Source of the DNA: Paragordius varius
Lineage: Eukaryota > Animalia > Nematomorpha
Direction: 5' to 3'
DNA: 64,000 nt
NCBI GenBank assembly: GCA_964247055.1
Contig: OZ176054.1
Span: 806,001-870,000 of the forward strand
A program made the translations under genes and the position numbers. The notes under the pieces are model-generated. The model saw only the letters and a list, made by a program, of their open reading frames with translations. It did no database searches and was not told the origin of the DNA. Shown here in pieces: positions 24,801 through 41,339 of the stretch (positions are counted from its first letter, which is position 1; every line of letters starts with the position of its first letter).

Positions 24801-26974
24801 GTTAAACTTTGTCCTTAAAAATCGGATATTGGTCACCGGTGAACAAAATTATTTTTTATACATTCTCTTAGTAGGACTACATCAAAATATAGATATAGTT
24901 TGGCAAACTCTTTCATATCCGATTTTTACAACGATACTTTAAAAATTAATGTATTCTAGTCGCATCAATACTCAAGTTAAACTTTGTCCTTAAAAATCGG
25001 ATATTGGCCACCGGTGAACAAAATAATTTTTTATACATTCTCTTAGTAAGACTACATCAAAATATAGAGATAGTTTCACAAACTCTTTCATATCCGATTT
25101 TTACAACGATACTTTAAAAATTAATGTATTAAACTAGTCGCATCAATACTCAAGTTAAACTTTGTCCTTAAAAATCGGATATTGGTCACCGGTGAACAAA
25201 ATTATTTTTTATATATTCTCTTAGCAAGACTACATCACAATATAGAGATAGTTTGACAAACTCTTTCATATCCGATTCTTACAACGATACTTTAAAAATT
25301 AATGTATAAAACTAGTCGCATCAATACTCAAGTTAAACTTTGTCCTTAAAAATCGAATATTGGTCACCGGTGAACAAAATTATTTTTTATACATTCTCTT
25401 AGTAAGACTACATCAAAATATAGAGATAGTTTGACAAACTCTTTCATATCCGATTTTTACAACGATACTTTAAAAATTAATGTATTAAACTAGTCGTATC
25501 AATAAATCGCATCAATACTCAAGTTAAACTTTGTCCTTAAAAATCGGATATTGGTCACCGGTGAACAAAATTATTTTTTATATATTCTCTTAGCAAGAGT
25601 ACATCAAAATATAGAGATAGTTTGACAAACTCTTTCATATCCGATTTTTACAACGATACTTTAAAAATTAATGTATAAAACGAGTCGTATCAATAAATCG
25701 CATCAATACTCAAGTTAAACTTTGTCCTTAAAAATCGGATATTGGTCACCGGTGAACAAAATTATTTTTTATATATTCTCTTAGCAAGACTACATCAAAA
25801 TATAGAGATAGTTTGACAAACTCTTTCATATCCGATTTTTACAACGATACTTTAAAAATTAATGTATAAAACTAGTCGCATCAATACTCAACTTAAACTT
25901 TGTCCTTAAAAATCGAATATTGGTCACCGGTGAACAAAATTATTTTTTATACATTCTCTTAGTAAGACTACATCAAAATATAGAGATAGTTTGACAAACT
26001 CTTTCATATCCGATTTTTACAACGATACTTTAAAAATTAATGTATTAAACTAGTCGCATCAATAAATCGCATCAATACTCAAGTTAAACTTTGTCCTTAA
26101 AAATCGGATATTGGTCACCGGTGAACAAAATTATTTTTTATACATTCTCTTAGTAGGACTACATCAAAATATAGAGATAGTTTGTCAAACTCTTTCATAT
26201 CCGATTTTTACAACGATACTTTAAAAATTAATGTATTAAACTAGTCGCATCAATACTCAAGTTAAACTTTGTCCTTAAAAATCGGATATTGGTCACCGGT
26301 GAACAAAATTATATTTTATATATTCTCTTAGCAAGACTACATCAAAATATAGAGATAGTTTGACAAACTCTTTCATATCCGATTTTTACAACGATACTTT
26401 AAAAATTAATGTATAAAACGAGTCGTATCAATAAATCGCATCAATACTCAAGTTAAACTTTGTCCTTAAAAATCGGATATTGGTCACCGGTGAACAAAAT
26501 TATTTTTTATACATTCTCTTAGTAGGACTACATCAAAATATAGATATAGTTTGGCAAACTCTTTCATATCCGATTTTTACAACTATACTTTAAAAATTAA
26601 TGTATTAAACTAGTCGCATCAATACTCAAGTTAAACTTTGTCCTTAAAAATCGGATATTGGTCTCCGGTGAACAAAATAATTTTTTATACATTCTCTTAG
26701 CTAGACTACATCAAAATATAGAGATAGTTTGACAAACTCTTTCATATCCGATTCTTACAACGATACTTTAAAAATTAATGTATAAAACTAGTCGCATCAA
26801 TACTCAAGTTAAACTTTGTCCTTAAAAATCGAATATTGGTCACCGGTGAACAAAATTAATTTTTATACATTCTCTTAGTAAGACTACATCAAAATATAGA
26901 GATAGTTTGACAAACTCTTTCATATCCGATTTTTACAGATACTTTAAAAATTAATGTGTTAAACTAGTCGCATC

Positions 26975-27052
26975 CTTACTAAGAGAATATATAAAAAATA
27001 ATTTTGTTCACCGGTGACCAATATTCGATTTTTAAGGACAAAGTTTAACTTG
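26975..27052 (-). repeat. 78-bp inverted monomer segment, copy 5
   Basis: Same segment and junctions, 12108 bp from copy 4. Flanking markers GCTAGAC, AGATAAAC and GGTGAGC lie at the same offset. Confidence 0.97.
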
Positions 27053-28749
27053 CAAAATATAGAAATAGTTTGACAAACTCTTTCATATCCGATTTTTACA
27101 ACGATACTTTAAAATTTAATGTATTAATCTAGTCGCATCAATACTCAAATTAAACTTTGTCCTTAAAAATCAGATATTGGTCACCGGTGAACAAAATTAT
27201 ATTTTATATATTCTCTTAGCAAGACTACATCAAAATATAGAGATAGTTTGACAAACTCTTTCATATCCGATTTTTACAACGATACTTTAAAAATTAATGT
27301 ATAAAACGAGTCGTATCAATAAATCGCATCAATACTCAAGATAAACTTTGTCCTTAAAAATCGGATATTGGTCACCGGTGAACAAAATTATTTTTTATAC
27401 ATTCTCTTAGTAGGACTACATCAAAATATAGAGATAGTTTGGCAAACTCTTTCATATCCGATTTTTACAACGATACTTTAAAAATTAATGTATTAAACTA
27501 GTCGCATCAATACTCAAGTTAAACTTTGTCCTTAAAAATCGGATATTGGTCTCCGGTGAACAAAATAATTTTTTATACATTCTCTTCGTAAGACTACATC
27601 TAAATATAGAGGTAGTTTGAAAAACTCTTTCATATCCGATTTTTACAACGATACTTTAAAAATTAATGTATTAAACTAGTCGCATCAATACTCAAGTTAA
27701 ACTTTGTCCTTAAAAATCGGATATTGGTCACCGGTGAGCAAAATTATTTTTTATACATTCTCTTAGTAGGACTACATCAAAATATAGAGATAGTTTGGCA
27801 AACTCTTTCATATCCGATTTTTACAACGATACTTTAAAAATTAATGTATTAAACTAGTCGCATCAATACTCAAGTTAAACTTTGTCCTTAAAAATCGGAT
27901 ATTGGTCTCCGGTGAACAAAATAATTTTTTATACATTCTCTTCGTAAGACTACATCTAAATATAGAGGTAGTTTGAAAAACTCTTTCATATCCGATTTTT
28001 ACAACGATACTTTAAAAATTAATGTATTAAACTAGTCGCATCAATACTCAAGTTAAACTTTGTCCTTAAAAATCGGATATTGGTCACCGGTGAGCAAAAT
28101 TATTTTTTATATATTCTCTTAGCAAGACTACATCAAAATATAGAGATAGTTTGAAAAACTCTTTCATATCCGATTCTTACAACGATACTTTAAAAATTAA
28201 TGTTTAAACGAGTCGTATCAATAAATCGCATCAATACTCAAGTTAAACTTTGTCCTTAAAAATCGGATATTGGTCACCGGTGAACAAAATTATTTTTTAT
28301 ACATTCTCTTAGTAGGACTACATCAAAATATAGAGATAGTTTGGCAAATTCTTTCATATCCGATTTTTACTACGATACTTTAAAAATTAATGTATAAAAC
28401 TAGTCGTATCAATAAATCGCATCAATACTCAAGTTAAACTTTGTCCTTAAAAATCGGATATTGGTCACCGGTGAACAAAATTATTTTTTATACATTCTCT
28501 TAGTAAAACTACATCAAAATATAGAGATAGTTTGACAAACTCTTTCATATCCGATTTTTACAACGATACTTTAAAAATTAATATGTTAAACTAGTCGCAT
28601 CAATACTCATAGTTTGTCCTTAAAAATCGAATATTGGTCACCGGTGAACAAAATTATTTTTTATATATTCTCTTAGTAAGACTACATCAAAATATAGAAA
28701 TAGTTTGACAAACTCTTTCATATCCGATTTTTACAATGATACTTTAAAA

Positions 28750-31700
28750 TTTAATGTATTAAACTAGTCGCATCAATACTCAAATTAAACTTTGTCCTTA
28801 AAAATCGGATATTGGTCACCGGTGAACAAAATTATTTTTTATACAGTCTCTTAGTAAGACTACATCAAAATATAGAGATAGTTTGACAAACTCTTTCATA
28901 TCCGATTTTTATAACGATACTTTAAAAATTAATGTATTAAACTAGTCCAATACTCAAGTTAAACTTTGTCCTTAAAAATCGGATATTGGTCACCGGTGAA
29001 CAAAATTATTTTTTATATATTCTCTTAGCAAGACTACATTAAAATATAGAGATAGTTTGACAAACTCTTTCATATCCGATTCTTACAACGATACTTTAAT
29101 AAATTAATGTATAAAACTAGTCGCATCAATACTCAACTTAAACTTTGTCCTTAAAAATCGAATATTGGTCACCGGTGAACAAAATTATTTTTTATACATT
29201 CTCTTAGTAAGACTACATCAAAATATAGAGATAGTTTGACAAACTCTTTCATATCCGATTTTTACAACGATACTTTAAAAATTAATGTATTAAACTAGTC
29301 GCATCAATAAATCGCATCAATACTCAAGTTAAACTTTGTCCTTAAAAATCGGATATTGGTCACCGGTGAACAAAATTATTTTTTATACATTCTCTTAGTA
29401 GGACTACATCAAAATATAGAGATAGTTTGTCAAACTCTTTCATATCCGATTTTTACAACGATACTTTAAAAATTAATGTATAAAACTAGTCGCATCAATA
29501 CTCAAGTTAAACTTTGTCCTTAAAAATCGAATATTGGTCACCGGTGAACAAAATTATTTTTTATACATTCTCTTAGTAGGACTACATCAAAATATAGAGA
29601 TAGTTTGGCAAACTCTTTCATATCCGATTTTTACTACGATACTTTAAAAATTAATGTATAAAACTAGTCGTATCAATAAATCGCATCAATACTCAAGTTA
29701 AACTTTGTCCTTAAAAATCGGATATTGGTCACCGGTGAACAAAATTATTTTTTATACATTCTCTTAGTAAAACTACATCAAAATATAGAGATAGTTTGAC
29801 AAACTCTTTCATATCCGATTTTTACAACGATACTTTAAAAATTAATGTATAAAACTAGTCGCATCAATACTCAACTTAAACTTTGTCCTTAAAAATCGAA
29901 TATTGGTCACCGGTGAACAAAATTATTTTTTATACATTCTCTTAGTAAGACTACATCAAAATATAGAGATAGTTTGACAAACTCTTTCATATCCGATTTT
30001 TACAACGATACTTTAAAAATTAATGTATTAAACTAGTCGCATCAATAAATCGCATCAATACTCAAGTTAAACTTTGTCCTTAAAAATCGGATATTGGTCA
30101 CCGGTGAACAAAATTATTTTTTATACATTCTCTTAGTAGGACTACATCAAAATATAGAGATAGTTTGTCAAACTCTTTCATATCCGATTTTTACAACGAT
30201 ACTTTAAAAATTAATGTATAAAACTAGTCGCATCAATACTCAAGTTAAACTTTGTCCTTAAAAATCGAATATTGGTCACCGGTGAACAAAATTATTTTTT
30301 ATACATTCTCTTAGTAGGACTACATCAAAATATAGAGATAGTTTGGCAAACTCTTTCATATCCGATTTTTACTACGATACTTTAAAAATTAATGTATAAA
30401 ACTAGTCGTATCAATAAATCGCATCAATACTCAAGTTAAACTTTGTCCTTAAAAATCGGATATTGGTCACCGGTGAACAAAATTATTTTTTATACATTCT
30501 CTTAGTAAGACTACATCAAAATATAGAGATAGTTTGACAAACTCTTTCATATCCGATTTTTACAACGATACTTTAATAAATTAATGTATAAAACTAGTCG
30601 CATCAATACTCAACTTAAACTTTGTCCTTAAAAATCGAATATTGGTCACCGGTGAACAAAATTATTTTTTATACATTCTCTTAGTAAGACTACATCAAAA
30701 TATAGAGATAGTTTGACAAACTCTTTCATATCCGATTTTTACAACGATACTTTAATAAATTAATGTATAAAACTAGTCGCATCAATACTCAACTTAAACT
30801 TTGTCCTTAAAAATCGAATATTGGTCACCGGTGAACAAAATTATTTTTTATACATTCTCTTAGTAAGACTACATCAAAATATAGAGATAGTTTGACAAAC
30901 TCTTTCATATCCGATTTTTACAACGATACTTTAAAAATTAATGTATTAAACTAGTCGCATCAATAAATCGCATCAATACTCAAGTTAAACTTTGTCCTTA
31001 AAAATCGGATATTGGTCACCGGTGAACAAAATTATTTTTTATACATTCTCTTAGTAGGACTACATCAAAATATAGAGATAGTTTGTCAAACTCTTTCATA
31101 TCCGATTTTTACAACGATACTTTAAAAATTAATGTATAAAACTAGTCGCATCAATACTCAAGTTAAACTTTGTCCTTAAAAATCGAATATTGGTCACCGG
31201 TGAACAAAATTATTTTTTATACATTCTCTTAGTAGGACTACATCAAAATATAGAGATAGTTTGGCAAACTCTTTCATATCCGATTTTTACTACGATACTT
31301 TAAAAATTAATGTATAAAACTAGTCGTATCAATAAATCGCATCAATACTCAAGTTAAACTTTGTCCTTAAAAATCGGATATTGGTCACCGGTGAACAAAA
31401 TTATTTTTTATACATTCTCTTAGTAAAACTACATCAAAATATAGAGATAGTTTGACAAACTAACTCTTTCATATCCGATTTTTACAACGATACTTTAAAA
31501 ATTAATGTGTTAAACTAGTCGCATCAATACTCATAGTTTGTCCTTAAAAATCGAATATTGGTCACCGGTGAACAAAATTATTTTTTATATATTCTCTTAG
31601 TAAGACTACATCAAAATATAGAAATAGTTTGACAAACTCTTTCATATCCGATTTTTACAATGATACTTTAAAATTTAATGTATTAAACTAGTCGCATCAA

Positions 31701-34700
31701 TACTCAAATTAAACTTTGTCCTTAAAGATCGGATATTGGTCACCGGTGAACAAAATTATTTTTTATACAGTCTCTTAGTAAGACTACATCAAAATATAGA
31801 GATAGTTTGACAAACTCTTTCATATCCGATTTTTATAACGATACTTTAAAAATTAATGTATTAAACTAGTCCAATACTCAAGTTAAACTTTGTCCTTAAA
31901 AATCGGATATTGGTCACCGGTGAACAAAATTATTTTTTATATATTCTCTTAGCAAGACTACATTAAAATATAGAGATAGTTTGACAAACTCTTTCATATC
32001 CGATTCTTACAACGATACTTTAAAAATTAATGTATAAAACGAGTCGCATCAATACTCAAGTTAAACTTTGTCCTTAAAAATCAAATATTGTTCACCGGTG
32101 AACAAAATTATTTTTTATACATTCTCTTAGTAAGACTACATCAAAATATAGAGATAGTTTGACAAACTCTTTCATATCCGATTTTTACAACGATACTTTA
32201 ATAAATTAATGTATAAAACTAGTCGCATCAATACTCAAATTAAACTTTGTCCTTAAAAATCGGATATTGGTCACCGGTGAACAAAATTATTTTTTATACA
32301 GTCTCTTAGTAAGACTACATCAAAATATAGAGATAGTTTGACAAACTCTTTCATATCCGATTTTTATAACGATACTTTAAAAATTAATGTATTAAACTAG
32401 TCCAATACTCAAGTTAAACTTTGTCCTTAAAAATCGGATATTGGTCACCGGTGAACAAAATTATTTTTTATATATTCTCTTAGCAAGACTACATTAAAAT
32501 ATAGAGATAGTTTGACAAACTCTTTCATATCCGATTCTTACAACGATACTTTAATAAATTAATGTATAAAACTAGTCGCATCAATACTCAACTTAAACTT
32601 TGTCCTTAAAAATCGAATATTGGTCACCGGTGAACAAAATTATTTTTTATACATTCTCTTAGTAAGACTACATCAAAATATAGAGATAGTTTGACAAACT
32701 CTTTCATATCCGATTTTTACAACGATACTTTAAAAATTAATGTATTAAACTAGTCGCATCAATAAATCGCATCAATACTCAAGTTAAACTTTGTCCTTAA
32801 AAATCGGATATTGGTCACCGGTGAACAAAATTATTTTTTATACATTCTCTTAGTAGGACTACATCAAAATATAGAGATAGTTTGTCAAACTCTTTCATAT
32901 CCGATTTTTACAACGATACTTTAAAAATTAATGTATAAAACTAGTCGCATCAATACTCAAGTTAAACTTTGTCCTTAAAAATCGAATATTGGTCACCGGT
33001 GAACAAAATTATTTTTTATACATTCTCTTAGTAGGACTACATCAAAATATAGAGATAGTTTGGCAAACTCTTTCATATCCGATTTTTACTACGATACTTT
33101 AAAAATTAATGTATAAAACTAGTCGTATCAATAAATCGCATCAATACTCAAGTTAAACTTTGTCCTTAAAAATCGGATATTGGTCACCGGTGAACAAAAT
33201 TATTTTTTATACATTCTCTTAGTAAAACTACATCAAAATATAGAGATAGTTTGACAAACTCTTTCATATCCGATTTTTACAACGATACTTTAAAAATTAA
33301 TGTATAAAACTAGTCGCATCAATACTCAACTTAAACTTTGTCCTTAAAAATCGAATATTGGTCACCGGTGAACAAAATTATTTTTTATACATTCTCTTAG
33401 TAAGACTACATCAAAATATAGAGATAGTTTGACAAACTCTTTCATATCCGATTTTTACAACGATACTTTAAAAATTAATGTATTAAACTAGTCGCATCAA
33501 TAAATCGCATCAATACTCAAGTTAAACTTTGTCCTTAAAAATCGGATATTGGTCACCGGTGAACAAAATTATTTTTTATACATTCTCTTAGTAGGACTAC
33601 ATCAAAATATAGAGATAGTTTGTCAAACTCTTTCATATCCGATTTTTACAACGATACTTTAAAAATTAATGTATAAAACTAGTCGCATCAATACTCAAGT
33701 TAAACTTTGTCCTTAAAAATCGAATATTGGTCACCGGTGAACAAAATTATTTTTTATACATTCTCTTAGTAGGACTACATCAAAATATAGAGATAGTTTG
33801 GTAAACTCTTTCATATCCGATTTTTACTACGATACTTTAAAAATTAATGTATAAAACTAGTCGTATCAATAAATCGCATCAATACTCAAGTTAAACTTTG
33901 TCCTTAAAAATCGGATATTGGTCACCGGTGAACAAAATTATTTTTTATACATTCTCTTAGTAAGACTACATCAAAATATAGAGATAGTTTGACAAACTCT
34001 TTCATATCCGATTTTTACAACGATACTTTAATAAATTAATGTATAAAACTAGTCGCATCAATACTCAACTTAAACTTTGTCCTTAAAAATCGAATATTGG
34101 TCACCGGTGAACAAAATTATTTTTTATACATTCTCTTAGTAAGACTACATCAAAATATAGAGATAGTTTGACAAACTCTTTCATATCCGATTTTTACAAC
34201 GATACTTTAATAAATTAATGTATAAAACTAGTCGCATCAATACTCAACTTAAACTTTGTCCTTAAAAATCGAATATTGGTCACCGGTGAACAAAATTATT
34301 TTTTATACATTCTCTTAGTATGACTACATCAAAATATAGAGATAGTTTGACAAACTCTTTCATATCCGATTTTTACAACGATACTTTAAAAATTAATGTA
34401 TTAAACTAGTCGCATCAATAAATCGCATCAATACTCAAGTTAAACTTTGTCCTTAAAAATCGGATATTGGTCACCGGTGAACAAAATTATTTTTTATACA
34501 TTCTCTTAGTAGGACTACATCAAAATATAGAGATAGTTTGTCAAACTCTTTCATATCCGATTTTTACAACGATACTTTAAAAATTAATGTATAAAACTAG
34601 TCGCATCAATACTCAAGTTAAACTTTGTCCTTAAAAATCGAATATTGGTCACCGGTGAACAAAATTATTTTTTATACATTCTCTTAGTAGGACTACATCA

Positions 34701-35660
34701 AAATATAGAGATAGTTTGGCAAACTCTTTCATATCCGATTTTTACTACGATACTTTAAAAATTAATGTATAAAACTAGTCGTATCAATAAATCGCATCAA
34801 TACTCAAGTTAAACTTTGTCCTTAAAAATCGGATATTGGTCACCGGTGAACAAAATTATTTTTTATACATTCTCTTAGTAAAACTACATCAAAATATAGA
34901 GATAGTTTGACAAACTCTTTCATATCCGATTTTTACAACGATACTTTAAAAATTAATGTGTTAAACTAGTCGCATCAATACTCATAGTTTGTCCTTAAAA
35001 ATCGAATATTGGTCACCGGTGAACAAAATTATTTTTTATATATTCTCTTAGTAAGACTACATCAAAATATAGAAATAGTTTGACAAACTCTTTCATATCC
35101 GATTTTTACAATGATACTTTAAAATTTAATGTATTAAACTAGTCGCATCAATACTCAAATTAAACTTTGTCCTTAAAAATCGGATATTGGTCACCGGTGA
35201 ACAAAATTATTTTTTATACAGTCTCTTAGTAAGACTACATCAAAATATAGAGATAGTTTGACAAACTCTTTCATATCCGATTTTTATAACGATACTTTAA
35301 AAATTAATGTATTAAACTAGTCCAATACTCAAGTTAAACTTTGTCCTTAAAAATCGGATATTGGTCACCGGTGAACAAAATTATTTTTTATATATTCTCT
35401 TAGCAAGACTACATTAAAATATAGAGATAGTTTGACAAACTCTTTCATATCCGATTCTTACAACGATACTTTAAAAATTAATGTATAAAACGAGTCGCAT
35501 CAATACTCAAGTTAAACTTTGTCCTTAAAAATCAAATATTGTTCACCGGTGAACAAAATTATTTTTTATACATTCTCTTAGTAAGACTACATCAAAATAT
35601 AGAGATAGTTTGACAAACTCTTTCATATCCGATTTTTACAACGATACTTTAATAAATTAA
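28750..35660 (+). repeat. Tandem duplication of a 19-monomer unit (3455/3451 bp)
   Basis: ATACAGTCTC at 28841/32296 and 31765/35216; TAGTAAAAC at 29765/33220. 19x178 plus the counted indels (+73) equals 3455. Confidence 0.88.
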
Positions 35661-36149
35661 TGTATAAAACTAGTCGCATCAATACTCAACTTAAACTTTG
35701 TCCTTAAAAATCGAATATTGGTCACCGGTGAACAAAATTATTTTTTATACATTCTCTTAGTAAGACTACATCAAAATATAGAGATAGTTTGACAAACTCT
35801 TTCATATCCGATTTTTACAACGATACTTTAAAAATTAATGTATTAAACTAGTCGCATCAATAAATCGCATCAATACTCAAGTTAAACTTTGTCCTTAAAA
35901 ATCGGATATTGGTCACCGGTGAACAAAATTATTTTTTATACATTCTCTTAGTAGGACTACATCAAAATATAGAGATAGTTTGTCAAACTCTTTCATATCC
36001 GATTTTTACAACGATACTTTAAAAATTAATGTATAAAACTAGTCGCATCAATACTCAAGTTAAACTTTGTCCTTAAAAATCAAATATTGGTCACCGGTGA
36101 ACAAAATTATTTTTTATACATTCTCTTAGTAAGACTACATCAAAATATA

Positions 36150-38900
36150 GAGATAGTTTGACAAACTCTTTCATATCCGATTTTTACAACGATACTTTAA
36201 AAATTAATGTATTAAACTAGTCGCATCAATACTCAAGTTAAACTTTGTCCTTAAAAATCGGATATTGGTCTCCGGTGAACAAAATAATTTTTTATACATT
36301 CTCTTAGTAAGACTACATCAAAATATAGAGGTAGTTTGACAAACTCTTTCATATCCGATTTTTACAACGATACTTTAAAAATTAATGTATAAAACTAGTC
36401 GCATCAATACTCAAGTTAAACTTTGTCCTTAAAAATCGAATATTGGTCACCGGTGAATAAAATTATTTTTTATATATTCTCTTAGCAAGAGTACATCAAA
36501 ATATAGAGATAGTTTGACAAACTCTTTCATATCCGATTTTTACAACGATACGAGTCGTATCAATAAATCGCATCAATACTCAAGTTAAACTTTGTCCTTA
36601 AAAATCGGATATTGGTCACCGGTGAACAAAATTATTTTTTATATATTCTCTTAGCAAGACTACATCATAATATAGAGATAGTTTGTCAAACTCTTTCATA
36701 TCCGATTTTTACAACGATACTTTAAAAATTAATGTATTAAACTAGTCGCATCAATACTCATACTATGTCCTTAAAAATCGAATATTGGTCACCGGTGAAC
36801 AAAATTATTTTTTATATATTCTCTTAGTAAGACTACATCAAAATATAGAAATAGTTTGACAAACTCTTTCATATCCGATTTTTACAACGATACGTTAAAA
36901 ATTATGGTATTAAACTAGTCGCATCAATACTCAAATTAAACTTTGTCCTTAAAAATCTAATATTGGTCACCGGTGAACAAAATTATTTTTTATACATTCT
37001 CTTAGTAAGACTACATCAAAATATAGAGATAGTTTGACAAACTCTTTCATATCCGATTTTTATAACGATACTTTAAAAATTAATGTATTAAACTAGTCCA
37101 ATACTCAAGTTAAACTTTGTCCTTAAAAATCGGATATTGGTCACCGGTGAACAAAATTATTTTTTATATATTCTCTTAGCAAGACTACATTAAAATATAG
37201 AGATAGTTCGACAAACTCTTTCATATCCGATTCTTACAACGATACTTTAAAAATTAATGTATAAAACGAGTCGCATCAATACTCAAGTTAAACTTTGTCC
37301 TTAAAAATCAAATATTGTTCACCGGTGAACAAAATTATTTTTTATACATTCTCTTAGTAAGACTACATCAAAATATAGAGATAGTTTGACAAACTCTTTC
37401 ATATCCGATTTTTACAACGATACTTTAATAAATTAATGTATAAAACTAGTCGCATCAATACTCAACTTAAACTTTGTCCTTAAAAATCGAATATTGGTCA
37501 CCGGTGAACAAAATTATTTTTTATACATTCTCTTAGTAAGACTACATCAAAATATAGAGATAGTTTGACAAACTCTTTCATATCCGATTTTTACAACGAT
37601 ACTTTAAAAATTAATGTATTAAACTAGTCGCATCAATAAATCGCATCAATACTCAAGTTAAACTTTGTCCTTAAAAATCGGATATTGGTCACCGGTGAAC
37701 AAAATTATTTTTTATACATTGTCTTAGTAGGACTACATCAAAATATAGAGATAGTTTGTCAAACTCTTTCATATCCGATTTTTACAACGATACTTTAAAA
37801 ATTAATGTATAAAACTAGTCGCATCAATACTCAAGTTAAACTTTGTCCTTAAAAATCGAATATTGGTCACCGGTGAACAAAATTATTTTTTATACATTCT
37901 CTTAGTAAGACTACATCAAAATATAGAGATAGTTTGACAAACTCTTTCATATCCGATTTTTACAACGATACTTTAAAAATTAATGTATTAAACTAGTCGC
38001 ATCAATACTCAAGTTAAACTTTGTCCTTAAAAATCGGATATTGGTCTCCGGTGAACAAAATAATTTTTTATACATTCTCTTAGTAAGACTACATCAAAAT
38101 ATAGAGGTAGTTTGACAAACTCTTTCATATCCGATTTTTACAACGATACTTTAAAAATTAATGTATAAAACTAGTCGCATCAATACTCAAGTTAAACTTT
38201 GTCCTTAAAAATCGAATATTGGTCACCGGTGAACAAAATTATTTTTTATATATTCTCTTAGCAAGAGTACATCAAAATATAGAGATAGTTTGACAAACTC
38301 TTTCATATCCGATTTTTACAACGATACGAGTCGTATCAATAAATCGCATCAATACTCAAGTTAAACTTTGTCCTTAAAAATCGGATATTGGTCACCGGTG
38401 AACAAAATTATTTTTTATATATTCTCTTAGCAAGACTACATCATAATATAGAGATAGTTTGTCAAACTCTTTCATATCCGATTTTTACAACGATACTTTA
38501 AAAATTAATGTATTAAACTAGTCGCATCAATACTCATACTATGTCCTTAAAAATCGAATATTGGTCACCGGTGAACAAAATTATTTTTTATATATTCTCT
38601 TAGTAAGACTACATCAAAATATAGAAATAGTTTGACAAACTCTTTCATATCCGATTTTTACAACGATACGTTAAAAATTATGGTATTAAACTAGTCGCAT
38701 CAATACTCAAATTAAACTTTGTCCTTAAAAATCTAATATTGGTCACCGGTGAACAAAATTATTTTTTATACATTCTCTTAGTAAGACTACATCAAAATAT
38801 AGAGATAGTTTGACAAACTCTTTCATATCCGATTTTTACAACGATACTTTAAAAATTAATGTATTAAACTAGTCCAATACTCAAGTTAAACTTTGTCTTT
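36150..38900 (+). repeat. Tandem 10-monomer duplication (period 1776 bp)
   Basis: 22-bp deletion junction at 36551/38327; CATACTATG at 36759/38535; TCTCC monomer starts at 36150/37926. Confidence 0.88.
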
Positions 38901-41339
38901 AAAAATCGGATATTGGTCACCGGTGAACAAAATTATTTTTTATACATTCTCTTATTAAGACTACATCAAAATATAGAGATAGTTTGACAAACTCTTTCAT
39001 ATCCGATTTTTACAACGATACTTTAAAAATTAATGTATTAAACTAGTCGCATCAATACTCAAGTTAAACTTTGTCCTTAAAAATCGGATATTGGTCACCG
39101 GTGAACAAAATTATTTTTTATATATTCTCTTAGCAAGAGTACATCAAAATATAGAGATAGTTTGACAAACTCTTTCATATCCGATTTTTACAACGATACT
39201 TTAAAAATTAATGTATAAAACGAGTCGTATCAATAAATCGCATCAATACTCAAGTTAAACTTTGTCCTTAAAAATCGGATATTGGTCACCGGTGAACAAA
39301 ATTATTTTTTATATATTCTCTTAGCAAGACTACATCAAAATATAGAGATAGTTTGACAAACTCTTTAATATCCGATTTTTACAACGATACTTTAAAAATT
39401 AATGTATAAAACTAGTCGCATCAATACTCAACTTAAACTTTGTCCTTAAAAATCGAATATTGGTCACCGGTGAACAAAATTATTTTTTATACATTCTCTT
39501 AGTAAGACTACATCAAAATATAGAGATAGTTTGACAAACTCTTTCATATCCGATTTTTACAACGATACTTTAAAAATTAATGTATTAAACTAGTCGCATC
39601 AATAAATCGCATCAATACTCAAGTTAAACTTTGTCCTTAAAAATCGGATATTGGTCACCGGTGAACAAAATTATTTTTTATACATTCTCTTAGTAGGACT
39701 ACATCAAAATATAGAGATAGTTTGTCAAACTCTTTCATATCCGATTTTTACAACGATACTTTAAAAATTAATGTATTAAACTAGTCGCATCAATACTCAA
39801 GTTAAACTTTGTCCTTAAAAATCGGATATTGGTCTCCGGTGAACAAAATAATTTTTTATACATTCTCTTAGTAAGACTACATCAAAATATAGAGGTAGTT
39901 TGACAAACTCTTTCATATCCGATTTTTACAACGATACTTTAAAAATTAATGTATTAAACTAGTCGCATCAATACTCAAGTTAAACTTTGTCCTTAAAAAT
40001 CGGATATTGGTCACCGGTGAACAAAATTATTTTTTATATATTCTCTTAGCAAGACTACATCAAAATATAGAGATAGTTTGACAAACTCTTTCATATCCGA
40101 TTCTTACAACGATACTTTAAAAATTAATGTATAAAACTAGTCGCATCAATACTCAAGTTAAACTTTGTCCTTAAAAATCGAATATTGGTCACCGGTGAAC
40201 AAAATTATTTTTTATACATTCTCTTAGTAAGACTACATCAAAATATAGAGATAGTTTGACAAACTCTTTCATATCCGATTTTTACAACGATACTTTAAAA
40301 ATTAATGTATTAAACTAGTCGCATCAATACTCAAGTTAAACTTTGTCCTTAAAAATCGGATATTGGTCACCGGTGAACAAAATTATTTTTTATATATTCT
40401 CTTAGCAAGAGTACATCAAAATATAGAGATAGTTTGACAAACTCTTTCATATCCGATTTTTACAACGATACTTTAAAAATTAATGTATAAAACGAGTCGT
40501 ATCAATAAATCGCATCAATACTCAAGTTAAACTTTGTCCTTAAAAATCGGATATTGGTCACCGGTGAACAAAATTATTTTTTATATATTCTCTTAGCAAG
40601 ACTACATCAAAATATAGAGATAGTTTGACAAACTCTTTCATATCCGATTTTTACAACGATACTTTAAAAATTAATGTATAAAACTAGTCGCATCAATACT
40701 CAACTTAAACTTTGTCCTTAAAAATCGAATATTGGTCACCGGTGAACAAAATTATTTTTTATACATTCTCTTAGTAAGACTACATCAAAATATAGAGATA
40801 GTTTGACAAACTCTTTCATATCCGATTTTTACAACGATACTTTAAATAATGTATTAAACTAGTCGCATCAATAAATCGCATCAATACTCAAGTTAAACTT
40901 TGTCCTTAAAAATCGGATATTGGTCACCGGTGAACAAAATTATTTTTTATACATTCTCTTAGTAGGACTACATCAAAATATAGAGATAGTTTGTCAAACT
41001 CTTTCATATCCGATTTTTACAACGATACTTTAAAAATTAATGTATTAAACTAGTCGCATCAATACTCAAGTTAAACTTTGTCCTTAAAAATCGGATATTG
41101 GTCTCCGGTGAACAAAATAATTTTTTATACATTCTCTTAGTAAGACTACATCAAAATATAGAGGTAGTTTTACAAACTCTTTCATATCCGATTTTTACAA
41201 CGATACTTTAAAAATTAATGTATTAAACTAGTCGCATCAATACTCAAGTTAAACTTTGTCCTTAAAAATCGGATATTGGTCACCGTTGAACAAAATTATT
41301 TTTTATATATTCTCTTAGCAAGACTACATCAAAATATAG

